Below are positions 25,421-38,954 of a stretch of 64,000 nt of DNA, piece by piece (positions within the stretch are counted from its first letter, which is position 1; each line of letters begins with the position of its first letter). The notes under the pieces were generated by a model, which was given only the letters and a program-made list of their open reading frames with translations, did not search any database and was not told the DNA's origin. The stretch covers positions 21,772,576-21,836,575 of the forward strand of contig NC_057719.1 in assembly GCF_004010195.1 (NCBI RefSeq). Direction: 5' to 3'. This DNA is from Chiloscyllium plagiosum. Lineage: Eukaryota. The translations under genes were made by a program, and so were the position numbers.

Positions 25421-25819
25421 ATAGGATTGCTATCACAGAACCACCAGTTCGATTTCATTTAGTTGACAAAGGGAGAGCTTCATCCTGTTAGTCAGCTTGG
25501 ATTGTAAGCTGCACTTGGAGATGAAAGGAAGAAATAAGAGCATGCTGGATCACTATGCCAACTACTTGTGTCTGCAGTATCACCTTTAATGTTCATACTG
25601 AACATGAAACCAAATTCTCACTAATTCTCTGGTTGGAACATGAGCAAAAACATGCCTTGCTCACTTGCCATTAGCAATATAGATACTTAACTTTGCAGGA
25701 AATTGGAAATGCTGAAAATGCCAGTCAAACCTGAAAGAGAAAGGTGGAGATTGATACAAAGCCAAGTTTGCCATGGTTATCAGCAGTCCTCAGTCACTCA
25801 AGAGCGATACCTTTTGCAC

Positions 25820-26450
25820 AGGGATCTAAGCAGCAACCAGGGTCAGCCTCTGATACAAGTTATGTTCAGGGCCAATAGAGTCAGGGTCCTCCACATAAGG
25901 AGTCAGAAACCAACTTTCAGGCAGTCCTGATTCTTCCTGCTCTATGGAAGAATGTATTCATCCTGAAACGAGAGAGGGACAGTTGTTATAAGAGATGAAA
26001 ATGGATAGCAAGTCTGTTACTTTTGATGGAAGTGGGAGGCATTCTGAGTCAGTGAGTAGGCAGCACAGAGTGAATGCAGGGTTAGTGGTGTGGTAGTTAA
26101 GAATGGGTGGCAGTGAGTAAGGAAGGTGTTGCAGCCAAGTGAGATTGGTAGAAAATGAGACTTGGTGGGGAGGTGGGGACAGTAGCAAAGATCGAGTGAG
26201 GCTGAGGTGATGGATGTTAGAGTGGTGAAGGACATTGACCTTCTTCCTACGTTGCTGTTCATTCCTCCAGATGGTTGAGCTTGGTTCTGGCTTGCCATTC
26301 AGACTAGGCTGGTGTGAACTATTCTTGGAGACCCTACTGCAATATGGTGGTAGTGAACATTCTGCCTCTGCAGAATTCTGTCGACTAAGGCATCCAGGAT
26401 ACTGCCCATAAAGCAGGATGCTAATTTTCTCATTTATGTCATGTGCATGG
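25820..26450 (-). pseudogene. Second decayed Harbinger-type Myb/SANT-like ORF
   Basis: STIWRNEQQRRKKVNVLHHS, then after the acceptor ctctctcgtttcag (~25963) GLPESWFLTPYVE; parallels the 9.3-9.9 kb copy. Confidence 0.5.
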
Positions 26451-27177
26451 AAAATGCCAGGAATCATGGGGGACAGCTGTGGGCTGACAGTGTTTGTCCA
26501 TGTGCACATGTGCTTTTAAAGATGGCTGGATGCCAGGGATGCCAGTTCATTCTAGGATATATCAGCAATGCTGAATTGCTCCAGGTATGATCAGCAATGG
26601 AATGGGACTAGAATCAGATAAGAGGGGGAGTCATAAGTGTTGGGTAAGTAGGTAATGAGGCAGTTTTGGGGTGTAAGAAAAGTTTATCTTTGGTGGTGGA
26701 AATGTTTACTGGCCCTTGCAGAGAGAAACCCTCCATAAAAACCAATGAAACTGACACTTAGCCAACAAATTGCAAGATCCAGGTCTTTATCTCAACCCAA
26801 AGACAGTGTGTAACATCTGGAGAATGGATGGAGTCAATGTAAGATGCATATTAATCCTTTCTTACACAATAGCAGATATATCTTATGCTCATCAAGTGCA
26901 TATGTGCTCAATGGGAAAGTAAATAATTTGGGCTCATTTGCACTGTTGCTTTGAAATTAAATTGATTGTCAAAAATAAAATCAAGAAGTCAGATCTAAGC
27001 TTAAAATGTCGTATGGATGACATTAGCTTGTTCCAGGAGTAAGAAATAGATTCATTCACAGCCAACATCTGTTTTACTCCCTGCCTGCTACTCTTGTCAT
27101 TCAAAGTGAATGAATTTCAAATAGTCAGCCCTGCACAAAAGCAGTTTAGGATATAAGTCAGGTCCATGAGCACTCTA

Positions 27178-27305
27178 AAATAAAACAAAGAATGTCAGAT
27201 GCTAGCAGTCTGAAGCTAACAAAAACAGAACCTTGGCAGTTCTGGCAGCACCTGTGGCAAGAAAACAGTGTTAATATTTTGAGTCCAGTGACACGATTTC
27301 AGAAG
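27178..27305 (-). mobile_element. Penelope-type terminal-repeat fragment (family A)
   Basis: aaaacaaagaatgtcagatgctag...ggcagcacctgtgg...gagtccagtgac...ttcagaa. Confidence 0.65.
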
Positions 27306-27684
27306 GCTCCATTTGGTAAGAAAGCACAGATGTAATTAGCAACCACCTCGACATTTAATAAATGATTGGTTACAGTAAATGTGAGGATATACATCACTAA
27401 TATCAAAAAGACTGTGTTGAGATTGCACTTTGTGATATGGGCAGCAAATGCTAATGAGAAATTTCATTGCCTATTACTTGGGAAAGATGAGAAACTGCAC
27501 CTGAATGATCTCACCAGTATGATCTCAGATCCTGTGTATCAAATTTCCACTTAACTTCAAGGAACTGAATATGACCCCACAAACAGTTGTCAGGAAACAA
27601 TTTGTTTCAGATAAAATATTGTCAATAGACAATCAGGGAATGTGTTAGCCACATTTTTACACTTCTCTTTAAAAATTCTAGAAA

Positions 27685-28090
27685 AGTCTAATTCTGACTC
27701 CATTATTTAAGAAGGTAGGAAAGTAGAAATAAACAGGAAACTATGATCCTGCCTGTTTAATGTTAGTTGTGGGTAAATTACTAAAATCTATTGTCAAGGA
27801 CAAAGTAATGAAATAGAGACTGAGGGGCAACCTTAAAGAGGTTTATAAAATCATGAGGGTATAGATAGGGTGAATAGCTAAGGTGTTTTTATGAGAGTGA
27901 GTCCAAACCTAGACAGCATAAGTTTAAGATGAGAGGGGAAAGATTTAAAGAGGATCTGATGGGTAACTTTTTCACAAAGAGGGTGGTGTGTCTATTGAAT
28001 GAGCTGCCAGAGGAGGTGGTGGAGGCTGGGACAGTTACAATATTTAAAAGGCACTATGATGAGCATGTGAATAGGAATGTGGAAGGGTTT
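27685..28090 (+). mobile_element. CR1 fragments (short RT piece followed by a 3' end)
   Basis: PLFKK...GNY...VVGKLL-like segment, then MRGERFKEDLMGNFFTKRVVCLLNELPEEVVEAG. Confidence 0.8.
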
Positions 28091-29030
28091 AGAGTCATAG
28101 AGTTATACAGCTTGGAAACAGACCTTTAAGTCCACGCAGTCCATACTGACCATGTTCTCAAACTAAACTTGTCCCACTTGTCTTCATTTGGCCCATATCC
28201 TTCCAAACCTTTCTGATTCATGTATTTATCCAAATGTCTTTTAAGTATTATAACTGCGCCAGCATCCATCATTTCCTCTAGCAGTTCTTTCCACATATGA
28301 ACCACAGTCTCTGTAAAAAGGTTGCCCCTCATGTCCTTTTTAAAATTTTTGTCCTCTCACCTTTAAAATGTGCCTCCTAGTTTTGACCTCCACCACTCAG
28401 GGAAAAGGCCTTTGCTAGTCACCTTATTTTTGCCCCTTATGATTTGATAAACCTCTGTAAGGTCACCCCCTCAACTTCTTATATTCCCAGTGATAAAAGT
28501 CCCAACATATCCAGCCTATTTATATAATCAAACCATCCATTCCCAGCAACATCCTGGTTTTTTTTACTGAATCCTTTGCAGTTTAATAATATCCTTCCTG
28601 TAACAGGGTGACCACAACTTCACACAGTACTCTAGAAGAGGCCTCACCAATGTCCTGTACAACATCAACATGGTGTCCCAACTCCTATACTCAAAGGTCT
28701 GACTAATGCATGCTGAATGCCTTCCTAACCAACCTGTCTACCTGTGAGACAAGTTTCAAAGAATTATGCACCTGAACTCTTTGGTCTCTTTGGTCTACAA
28801 AATTACCCAGGACCCTATCATTAATTCTAAAGGTTCTGTCCTTGCTTGTTTTACCAAAATGTAATATCTAGCATTTATCCAAATTAGACTCCATTTGCGA
28901 CTTCTTGGCCCATTGACCCAATTGATCAAGATGTCTTTGTAACCTTCTTCACGGTGCACTAGATCACAAAGTTAGGTGACATCTGCACACTTACTAATCA
29001 TGCTTCCTATATTATATTCTAAATCATTTA

Positions 29031-30139
29031 CAGAGGAACCTTGATTATCCGAATATCAATTATCCAAATTTCGGATTATCCGAAGAATATTTCAAAGTCC
29101 CGATAGAAACATTCCATCAAAGTGGTGTTTCAACACTGATCACGTCTTTTGTTTACAATGATTAAAAATGAACTCAGCTTACTGAAATGCTGCCAAAAAC
29201 ATCGATGGGAGCCCAGGCACCATCTCCAAATGACTGACTGGCAGCCCTCCCTCTCTCTCTCCATACACTTTCCCTGGAGTTCTACACAGAGGTGTACCCT
29301 AACCCCCCCCCCTTTTTCCCAGATAATCTGTCCAACATTGTCCTGAATAGGGCAAAGGTGGAACCTGTCAAAATGGTGCAGTTAAAAGTTGTGTGTGTGG
29401 CCGTGTGTGTGTGGCTGCATTTGGGGTTGCGTGTGTTTATGCTATGTTGCGACTCACCCATCCCCCAAAGGCAGCAGCAGTCTTACTGTTGGTGTCCAGT
29501 CCAGCTGCCGAAGGAGAGGGGGCTGCGAACGGGGGTGGCTTATGCAGACGGGCAAGCCAGGGCGCGGATGGGTAGGCATCAGTCAGGGAGGGGGTGAGTG
29601 CAGTGTTGGCTAGGGATCAGCCAGGGAGGGGGTGAGTGCAGTGTTGGCTAGGGATCAGTCAGGGAGGGGGGAGTGCAGTGTTGGTTAGGGATCAGTCAGG
29701 GAGCGGGAGATTGCAGCGTTGTGTAGGGAGGGGGAGGTATGGGAGCCAATTGGTGAGTTGGGGTGGATGGTGGGCAGTGTTGGATGGGATTGGGGGGGCG
29801 GACAGAGGACAGGGACTCGCACGCGGTGTGCTGCTGCCTAGTCTCCAGAATGGGGAGCGGAATTAGCATGTGCTCGCTATGTCAATCCCATTGAACTGAT
29901 GAGGGGGGAGAGGGGGTGCAGGAGGCTTCAGCAATGTCGCAGGTCCCTTATACACAAGTGTGTGTCACCTCAGAAACAAACTCTGAGAGAGAGAGAGCAA
30001 AGCAGGCAGAGCGAGGAAAAAGGAAACTTCAGAAAACACCGAGTCCCAGAGGAGAGGCATTGAATCAATTGACCAAATAATCAATTATCCAAATGAAATA
30101 GTGCCCGCCCTTCTTGTTCGGATAATTGAGGTTCCTCTG
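29031..30139. mobile_element. Non-autonomous pogo/Tigger-like (Tc1/mariner superfamily) DNA transposon
   Basis: 23-bp TIRs cagaggaaccttgattatccgaa and ttcggataattgaggttcctctg (21/23 match); TA duplication at 29029-29030 and 30140-30141; the host LINE rejoins when it is removed. Confidence 0.9.
29572..29720 (+). repeat. ~39-bp G-rich tandem repeat inside the DNA transposon
   Basis: cagtcagggagggggtgagtgcagtgttggctagggat, about 4 copies. Confidence 0.9.
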
Positions 30140-32235
30140 TATCAAAAGGACAAACAAAAGTGGACCCTGTACTCATGTCTGTGGGACATTGCTGATCACA
30201 GGCCTCTAGTTGAAAATCAACCCTCCACCACCACCCTCTGTCTCCTGAAGCTAATTTTGCATCCAATTGGCAAGCTCATCCTAAATCCTCTGTGATCTAG
30301 CATTACTAATTAGTCTATCATGCGGAACATTATCAAAGGCTTTACTAAAGCACAAGTAAATAATGTCTACTGCTCTGCCCTCATCAGTCGTTTTGGTTAC
30401 GTCCACAAAAAACTGAATCATGTTTGTGAGACACACGTTTCCCTCACACAAGTCTATGCAGACTACCCCTAATTATTCGTCCCCTCTCCAAATGCACATA
30501 AATCCTAACTTTCAGAATCACCTCCAACAAATTATCCACCACTAAGGTCAGCTTCACAGGTCTATAGTTATCAGGCTTCTCCTTACAGCCTTTCTTAAAT
30601 AAAGGCACAACATTAGCTACCCTCCAGTCATTCAGCACCTCAGCTGTGTTTATAGATGATACAAATATCTCTGCTAGGGGCCTCATAATTTCCTCCCTAA
30701 CTTCCCACAACGTCCTGGGAAACAATTGTTTAGGTCCTGGAGATTTATCTACCTTTATGTTTTCTAAGACCTCCAGCACTTCCTCTTCTATAATGTGAAC
30801 TGTTTTCAAAACATCAGTATTTAATTCACTGAGTTCTCTAGCCTCTTTTTCCTTCTCCACAGTAAAACTGATACAAAATATTAATTTAATGTCGCTCACA
30901 CCTCCTGAGGTTCAAAACAAAGTCGACCTCATTGACTTTTTGGAGACCCTATTCTCTTTCTAATTCCTCTTCTCTCTTAATGGGCTTGTAGAATCTGTTT
31001 GGATTATCCTTAACCTTGTCTGCCAAGACTATCTCATGTTCCCTTTATGCCCTCCTGATTTCATGAGGCTGGTTTAGTGTAGGCACTGGCTGAATTGAAT
31101 CAAAGGGCGGAAGGATTCACAAATGTTGGCTGCAGCACGCACGTGCCTGGCTGTCTCAATAGGCGGCTTGGTGGTCATAATGTAAAGCCAGATCCAGCAG
31201 AATGCTCAGTTGCTGCCAGAAATGCACACCGCCCTGTGTTCTATCACTTCAGTAATTGGTAGTCAGCATCAACTGCCATTTGACAGAGGTGGCCTTCCTC
31301 TCAAGGAGACCTTGAGATGCCAACAAGCACCCACACCTTTCAGACCCATGGGCTCCAATATAGGGCAGGCTCCTTCCACCCAGATGTGCACTTCAGTACT
31401 GCCCCTCGATGTAGTGGGAGGACAAAGAGAAAACAACTTCTCTGAGCAGACAAAGCTCATACAAGTGACACTACATTGTAAATAGAGTCTTAGATCTGTA
31501 AATATCTGCACTTTCAATCCTCATTTGTCTGACTGATTAGCAGTTTAGCAGTGGGATTGGGTTAACTGGACACTGTATCCGAGATAAACAGCCTCTTTAC
31601 ACATTTCAGAGAGGATCATTTATAGTAAAAAGGCATTGCTCATCTCTGAGAAGCATTGGAGATAGCCATAGGTTTTACACATCTTTCAACCCCTGCATTC
31701 ATGACTGCAGCCAAAGCTTAGTAACCTGGTGAAGGGCTTGCTGATTGTACAGTTAATAGGAACACCTTATAATAGTTCCTCGCCTTAATTCATATCCCAC
31801 AATTGCAGCCACTTTCTTGTGTGACTATGTGCTCATTTATGGCTGCTCCTTTCTCTGGAGGAACTCATTTAAGGATGGGTGATGTTTAACAACCCATTAA
31901 CATCCAAACTCTGCCACATACCCCATTGCTCTTGTTGAAAAATAGGTGATAGGCGCTCACTGTGATAACTTAGATATTGTAATGAAGCCTACTAAAGCAT
32001 TGCATACTCATTTATCAGTGGACGTGAAATCTCAGATGCTGAAGGATGAATGATAATGGATGGGTGGGAAAGGTTGCATCAGAATGCCTCTTAAAATGGC
32101 AATGTTCATAGTAAACTTATTGACCATCTCTCAGATACATTTTCACAAAATAGGTCACAGAAGCTAACTTTACTTAGTGTTATATATTTGTTTGAACTGT
32201 TTCTGAATGACTGCTAATATTTCCCCACATCCATC

Positions 32236-32560
32236 AGTATGGACCATAACAAATAGGAACAGGAATAAGCCTCTGGAGTTTGCTCTGCCATTCAGCAGTG
32301 TCATGGCTGTTCTGGTATTCATGCCCTTTTTGCATAACTCTTGATTCCCCTACTATCAAAAATCTGTCTATCTCAGCATTAAATACACACAGAAACACTG
32401 CCTCACAGCTCTCTGTGGCAAGAAGCCCCAAAGACTCATAACCCTCTGAGAGAAGAAATTCATCCTCATCTCAGTTTTAAATTGGTACCCCATCTATCTT
32501 GAGGTTATGCCTTCTAGTCCATGACTCTCAAAGAAGGGAAACATCCTCTCAGCATTTGAT
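32236..32560 (-). mobile_element. CR1-type LINE 3' end
   Basis: ataggaacaggaataagcc...ccctctgagagaagaaattcatcctcatctcag. Confidence 0.8.
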
Positions 32561-32729
32561 GACAATAATATTGTTATTTCTTGAATGCGGGAGTAACAGA
32601 TGCTGTAAAATGTTTGACCAGTTGTTAACGGTAACTCTTATTGCAGAATAGGAAAGGTGAAGAAAGAAGCGACAAAGAAGCTGGATTTGCTTCTGTGCTT
32701 AAACAAGGGCTGCTGGCCTTTGCAACAAC

Positions 32730-32995
32730 TAGAATCCCAGTCTCAATTTAAGAGGCCAATCGTTAAGGATGAAAATGCAGAGAAATCTCTTCACTCAAAG
32801 GGTTGTGCCTCTTTTTACTACACACCCGCAGAGGATTTGGATGCTTCATCCATGAACATATTTAAAACTGTGACAGAAACATTTCTTGCCACTTCAAAGA
32901 ATCAAGAATAGAAGTGGGTGGGAAAATGACTTTGAAGCTAAAGATCAGCCATAATTACATGAAGTGGCCGTGCAGTCTACTCCTGCTCCTATTTA
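32730..32995 (+). mobile_element. Decayed CR1-type LINE 3' end
   Basis: agagaaatctcttcactcaaagggttgtg...agatcagccata...tctactcctgctcctatt. Confidence 0.65.
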
Positions 32996-34239
32996 TTGTG
33001 TTCTTAATTATTACACTTTTCATTTACATTCTATCCTGTTCATTCCTGTCTTTCATCTCTATTTTTGTAGCTTTACAAAATCTTGTTGTCTTTTAAGACT
33101 CTTTCTTTTCCTAAATTTACTCCTCTTTAACAAATTAATTTTTACAATCAGTTCAGATGTAATGCAATCTTCTTTCATCCATAGATATGGAGCCTTAAAA
33201 CAATTCTGTTGTTCATTTTTGCATTACTTGCTTTGTAGCCCTTCGATCTACATTATTTCCCGCTGCTGATCAGTGGTTCTATTTACCAACTTTTCCTTCC
33301 ATTTAGCTTGAGGAAAAATTGCTTTTATCTCACTCACATCAATTTTCTATTCACTTTTTTTATTATTGGACTGAGCACAGTTACACTGCAGTCACTGTTT
33401 CCAAAACAATCTCTGATTTTTAGGTCATATATTTGCTCTGTTCCATTAGTTAAAACAGGTTTAGTAGTGTTATCTCCTTTGTTGGACTTTTTGAGGAACC
33501 TTTCTGCAGCACATTACAAAAATTCCTACCTTTTTACAACACAGGCATTATCCTACCTCATTCATTAATGAGGTTTTTACCTCATTATCTTACCTCAGTC
33601 TATTTTTGGACCATTTCTATCTCCTATGTTAATAACTACATAGTTAATATATTGTTTTCATTTTTCTAGCCTACCCTCATTTCTCAATTCTACTTAATTC
33701 TTTTCATGACCATTAAGCACATTGCCTGCAATGCCTTGTTTGTGTTTTCAAGACCAGAACTGCTCACATTTCTCAAGATGTGATCAAATCATAATGTTGT
33801 ACCGTTTCAGCATGAAGCCTTCTGATCTGCACTGCAATGGTATGGTTTATAACTTATCATTCTCTTACCTTTTAACAGTGTAGATCTGCCATGCTTGGAC
33901 ATACCCTGCATCAAATCACTATAGTTCTCAGGTCTCTTGGCCTCTCATCTAGTTTGGATATGTTGACTTGCTTGGTCAATGTCACTGCTGTTGTTTCATA
34001 GGATTTTCACTTGTCTGAATTCAATGTTATCTGTCATCTTTCTACCCACTTACAGTTATTTTCTTCGTTTTTCTGGAGCACTAACTTACCTCATTGAGCT
34101 TGACTATTCTTCCGAATTAACACAGTTGACATGATATGAAGCTAATGTACATTTACCTTCACAGATATGCAAAGAGGTACGAAGTTACTTGTGGCCAGTA
34201 AATCAAATAGTAATTGCTCTACTTGCAACTCATCATGGC

Positions 34240-34552
34240 AAGAGATTGTTGGTTAGCACTGCTGCCTTGCAGCGCCAGGGACCCGGGTTCAATTCCAGCC
34301 TTGGGCAACTGTCTGTGTGGAGTTTGCACATTCTCCCCGTGTCTGTGTGGGTTTCTTCCAGGTGTTCTGGTTTCCTCCCACAGTCCGAAAATGTGTGGGT
34401 CAGGTGAATTGGCCATGCTAAATTGCCCATAGTGATAGGTGCATTAGTAGGGAGTAGGTGAATGGGTCTGGGTGGGTTACTCTTCGGAGGGTCGGTGTGG
34501 ACTTGTTGGGCCGAAGGGCCTGTTTCTGCACTGTAGATAATCTAATCTAATT
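34240..34552 (+). mobile_element. HE1-type V-SINE
   Basis: ggttagcactgctgcc head, V-domain, taatctaatctaa tail. Confidence 0.92.
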
Positions 34553-35336
34553 GCCACAAGGAAAGCTGAAATGCTCCAAAGAAGTCCTTAAAATATCCCT
34601 GAAGAAGTAAATCTTTCCCACTGACTTATGGGAGTTTCTGGCCTGTGATCAATCAAAATGGAGAATGGACTGAACTCATCCCCAAGAATCTTTGAGGGGA
34701 TCATGCAGAGATGAATTTGAGGTGGTGAGTAGAGCTCATAAACCTCTCTCATTAATCCTGCACCTCATCATCCAAGCACAATCTGACTCTTCACTTTATG
34801 TCCTTGCACAAAAGAATTGCTTGAAAGCACAAAATTACCCTGGGAAAATGCACCAGGAAATACCTCAAAAATATTAAAACAAGCTCTTGTGTACTTGGTT
34901 TGTAGTTGTAACTAGGATTTCACAAAATTGTATCCTTCTATTGCATTGACCTGAGATAAGAATATTATTTTCACTTTTGAGATAGGTTTTGCAATGAGAT
35001 GGAAAACAATTAACTAAGTCTGAAAAATTGACAGCTCCATTAATCATAGCAGTATCTACATCAGGGGCTTTTTTCTCCTGCCAAGATGTGAGTGGGAGTT
35101 CTGATGTCTGGGAAAAGTACAGACACAAGGACCTTAAGTCTTCAAAGCCAAGCCCTCATGCATCACCCTGAGCTTTTATTCAATCCACAATTCAGGAGGA
35201 CAGAATCATTAACTGTTCAAATGCTGGTTGTCTTTTTAGTTTTATTCATCAACATAATCACAAATATTGCCAGTTCCCAAACCTATGATGTGTTAAAGGT
35301 ATATGTTATGTCAATTTTGTTTTGCTTATAGATTTA

Positions 35337-35670
35337 TAGAGTCATAGAGATGCACAGCATGGAAACAGACCCTTTGGTCCAACTCGTCCATGCCAAACTG
35401 ATATCCTAGAAAGATTTCGTCCCATTTTCCAGCATTTGGCCCATATCCCTCTAAATCTTTCCTCTACAGATACCTTTTAAATGTATCCTCCCAACACCTT
35501 TTAAATGTTGGAATTGTAACAGCCTCCACCACTTCCTCTGGCAGCTCATTCTATACACGCGCACACGCGTGAAAAAGGTGCCCCTTAGGTCGCTTTTAAA
35601 TCTATCCCCTCTGCCTTCTAGTTTTGGACTCCCCCCACCGTGGGGAAAAGACTTTGTCTATTTACCTTGT
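35337..35670 (-). mobile_element. CR1/HER1-type LINE 3' end
   Basis: Similar to 2500-2820. Confidence 0.88.
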
Positions 35671-36284
35671 CTTTAAAATTTCCCCAAAGGGGCAAAATAC
35701 CAGTCCAGTCAACGCCTCTATGCAGCCAATATTTGCATCCAGCAGTGCTCTGGTTTGTTTATTACCTCTATACAGTCATTGTTTCTGTCTGTCCAATGCA
35801 TCTGTCCAGCCAGTAACTACCTCCATGTAGTATCACATTCCAATTCATATTTCAGCCTTACCAAATACTAACATTATATGATGCATTCTAACGCTAGCAT
35901 TTTAAATCACTTTTCAAACACAAATTCTTCATTTTAAAATGTACTTCTACTGTGCTTCCTTTTCAGATTTGCCAGTGTGACCATAAGCTTATGCCACTGG
36001 TTTTATTCCCTTTAGTGAATATCTGATGTTTCCATCCTCCCTATGTGGAATAACTTGTCTAATTACTGGCTACATTTCAGACTGGGAGTCTCAAATGTAA
36101 CAATCACAGATATTCTATTCCTTGACAAAACCTTGATATAAAGTTGCATTTTTGAAATGAGTCCGATAACAGCATCACAGGTATAGTTGCACTAAAAAGG
36201 AGGTAATGAATCTTCTTAAACCATGAGTGTTATAACAAGAGACACACTTGGGCCACACCAGGTAAAAATTCCAACTTTCTTTCT

Positions 36285-37312
36285 AAGAAGGGCATGGAGA
36301 ACGGGTTCGAAGGTAGACGACTGAGGGTAGTGGCAGAGGAATGCTTTACTGACTGGAGGCATGTGATCAATGATTGGTGATGAATCCTTTTCGTCATTGA
36401 TATAAATAATTTGGATGCGAACATAGGAGGTATGGTTAGTAAGTTTGCAGATGATGCCAAAATTGGAGGTGTAGTGGACAGTGAAGAAGGTTACCTCAGA
36501 TTACAACGGGATCTTGATCAGATGGGCCAATGGGCTGAGGAGTAGCAGATAGAATTTAAATTAGATAAATGTGAGGTGCTGCATTTTGGAAAGGCAAATC
36601 AGGGCTGGACTTATAGAATTAATGGTGAGGTCCTGGGAGTGTTATTGAACAAACAGACATTGGAGTGGAGGTTCATAGTCCTTTAAAACAGGTAGACAGG
36701 TTAGTGAAAAAGGCATTTAGTATGCTTACTTTTATTGATCAGTGCATTGAGTATAGGAGTTGGGAGGCCATGTTGCAGTTGTGCAGGATATTGGTTGGAC
36801 CACTTTTGGAATATTGTGTGCAATTCTGGTCTCCCTGCTAGAGGAAGGATATTGTGAAACTTGAAAGGTTTCAGAAAAGATTTACCCAGGTTGGAGGATT
36901 TGAGATATAGGGAGATGCTGAACAGGCTGGGGCTGTTTTCCCTGGAGCTACGGAGGCTGAGGGATGACCTTACAGAGGTTTATAAAATTATGATGGCCAT
37001 GGTCTTTTCCCTGATGTGTGTTGTCCAAAAGTAGAGAGCATAGATTTAAGGTAAGAGTGGAAAGATTTAAAAGATACCTAAGGGGCAACGTTTACACGCA
37101 GAGTGTGGTGTGCATGTGGAATGAGCTGCCAGAGGAAGCAGTGTAGACTGGTACAATTACAACATTTAAAAGGCATCTGAGCAGGTATTTGAATAGAAAG
37201 AGTTCAGAGGGATACAGCCAAATGTAGGCAAATGGGACTAGATTGATTTAGAATATCTGGCTGGCATGGACAATGTTTCCATGCTGTACATCTTTATGAC
37301 TCTATGGCTCTA
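36285..37312 (+). mobile_element. CR1/HER1-type LINE 3' ~1 kb
   Basis: RT SKFADDAKI region through the ctctat tail; reverse complement of the 2.5-3.5 kb copy. Confidence 0.92.
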
Positions 37313-37410
37313 TAGTGAATCAACAGGGTTTTCCAATAAAGCAGCAACATTGAGAACTCTTTTCTGCTTCAAACCCAGCCCAATGAGCCTAGACATCACC
37401 AAAATTATTA

Positions 37411-37630
37411 ACAACAAAAACAGAAATTTCTGGAAAAGCTCAGCATCTGTGGAGAGAAATCAGAGTTAACATTTCAGGACGCCTGACCCTTTCTCAGAAC
37501 AGTCTGAGGAAGGGTCACTTGATCCAAAGCATGAACTCTCACTTCTCTCCACAGATGCTGCTGTGCTTTTCCAGCAATTTCTGTTTTTTTGTTTCTGATT
37601 TACAGTATCCACAGTTCTTTGAGTTTTTAG
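37411..37630. mobile_element. Fold-back family A Penelope-type element with two decayed hammerhead cores
   Basis: Two arms in opposite orientation meet at ~37500; flanked by caaaattatta (37400-37410) and cagaattatta (37631-37641). Confidence 0.8.
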
Positions 37631-38339
37631 CAGAATTATTATTTTTAATATATAGTGGGGTTTGAACTCTTCTTGGTTCATAGTCAGCACTATAAGCACA
37701 ATACCATGAAACTCATTTTTAATGATATCCTTGTTCAATTATTTCATAAAAGAGAAAAATGCCTACAATCTAGTAAGGACTCAGACTCACTAATGAAGCA
37801 CAGGTATTATTCAACATAGTTTCTTTTAAGAAACATTTTCTTTGGGACAAATTGTATTGCAAGTGTCAAGTTTGAAATAATATACAATAAAGCATTTTTA
37901 ACAATAATTCTTTTTCTCTTTATCTACCCTAGAATTCAACTGTGAACTCTGATTTTTGTTTTAAACTACACAAGGATGCATGATAATTCTTTCTGTTTAT
38001 ATTAACTGTCTGTACTTCCAACACAGGAAATGACTTCTACTTTATGAAAATATACCAGCAACATTTTCATATCTTTATTAGGTTCAGTCTACTGCCCTTT
38101 TAACTTTAACATAGCTACTGTAAAGAAAAGAGAGAGAACAGTTTGGTCAGTTGGCTTTCTCAAAATTAATAGCCCATCCTTTTCATTTAAATTAAAGAGC
38201 TCCCTGAAGTAAATTCAATAAATAGCACGCAAAGTATTATGATATGGAATGACAGGGTGGATGCTTTTGTGAAAGTGTCATTTTAAATTCCTTCTGTAGC
38301 ACTGCCAATCCAGCAACTTGAGCTCAATATTACGGTGGT

Positions 38340-38825
38340 GGAATAGTGTGGAAACAGGCCATTTGGCCCAACCAGTCCACACTGACCCTCCGAAGAGTAA
38401 CCCACCCAGACCCATGGGCGGTACGGTGGCACAGTGGTTAGCACTGTTGCCTCATAGCACCAGAGAGACGGGTTCAATTTCCGCCTTGAGTAACTGTCTG
38501 TGTGGAGTTTGCACATTCTCCCCGTGTCTGCGTGGGTTTCCTCTGGATGCTCCGGTTTCTTCCCACAATCCAAAGATGTGCAGGTTAGGTGAATTGGCCA
38601 TGCTAAATTGCCCATAGTGTTAGGTGAAGGGGTAAATGGAGGGGAATGGGTGGGTTGCTCTTCGGAGGGTCGGTTTTTTTAGATTAGATTACTTTTTAGA
38701 TTACTTTACAGTGTGGAAACAGGCCCTTCGGCCCAACAAGTCCACACCGACCCGCCGAAGCGCAACCTAGTAAGGACTCGTTGGGCCGAAGGGCCTGTTT
38801 CTACTCTGTAAGTAATTTAATCTAA
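38340..38825 (+). mobile_element. HE1-type V-SINE composite with two inverted tail pieces
   Basis: Inverted tail 38340-38415, SINE 38416-38674, inverted tail ~38675-38767, remainder of the tail 38774-38825. Confidence 0.85.
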
Positions 38826-38954
38826 CTTTAGTATATAATCCCAGCCTTCACTTCAATCCTCAGTGCCATCTTTTGAGTGAAGCATTCTACCCAGTTCCCT
38901 TCCACCCTCACAGCTGAAAACTGAAAACAAAACCATAGCATTATCACGAAGAAT

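Larger units (their letters stand above)
28091..31062 (-). mobile_element. CR1/HER1-type LINE (~1.9 kb) split by a DNA transposon
   Basis: 3' end at 28091; the RT continues across 29030/30142; ORF KVDKSPGPKQLFPRTLWE...WRVANVVPLFKKG...NYRPV. Confidence 0.9.
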
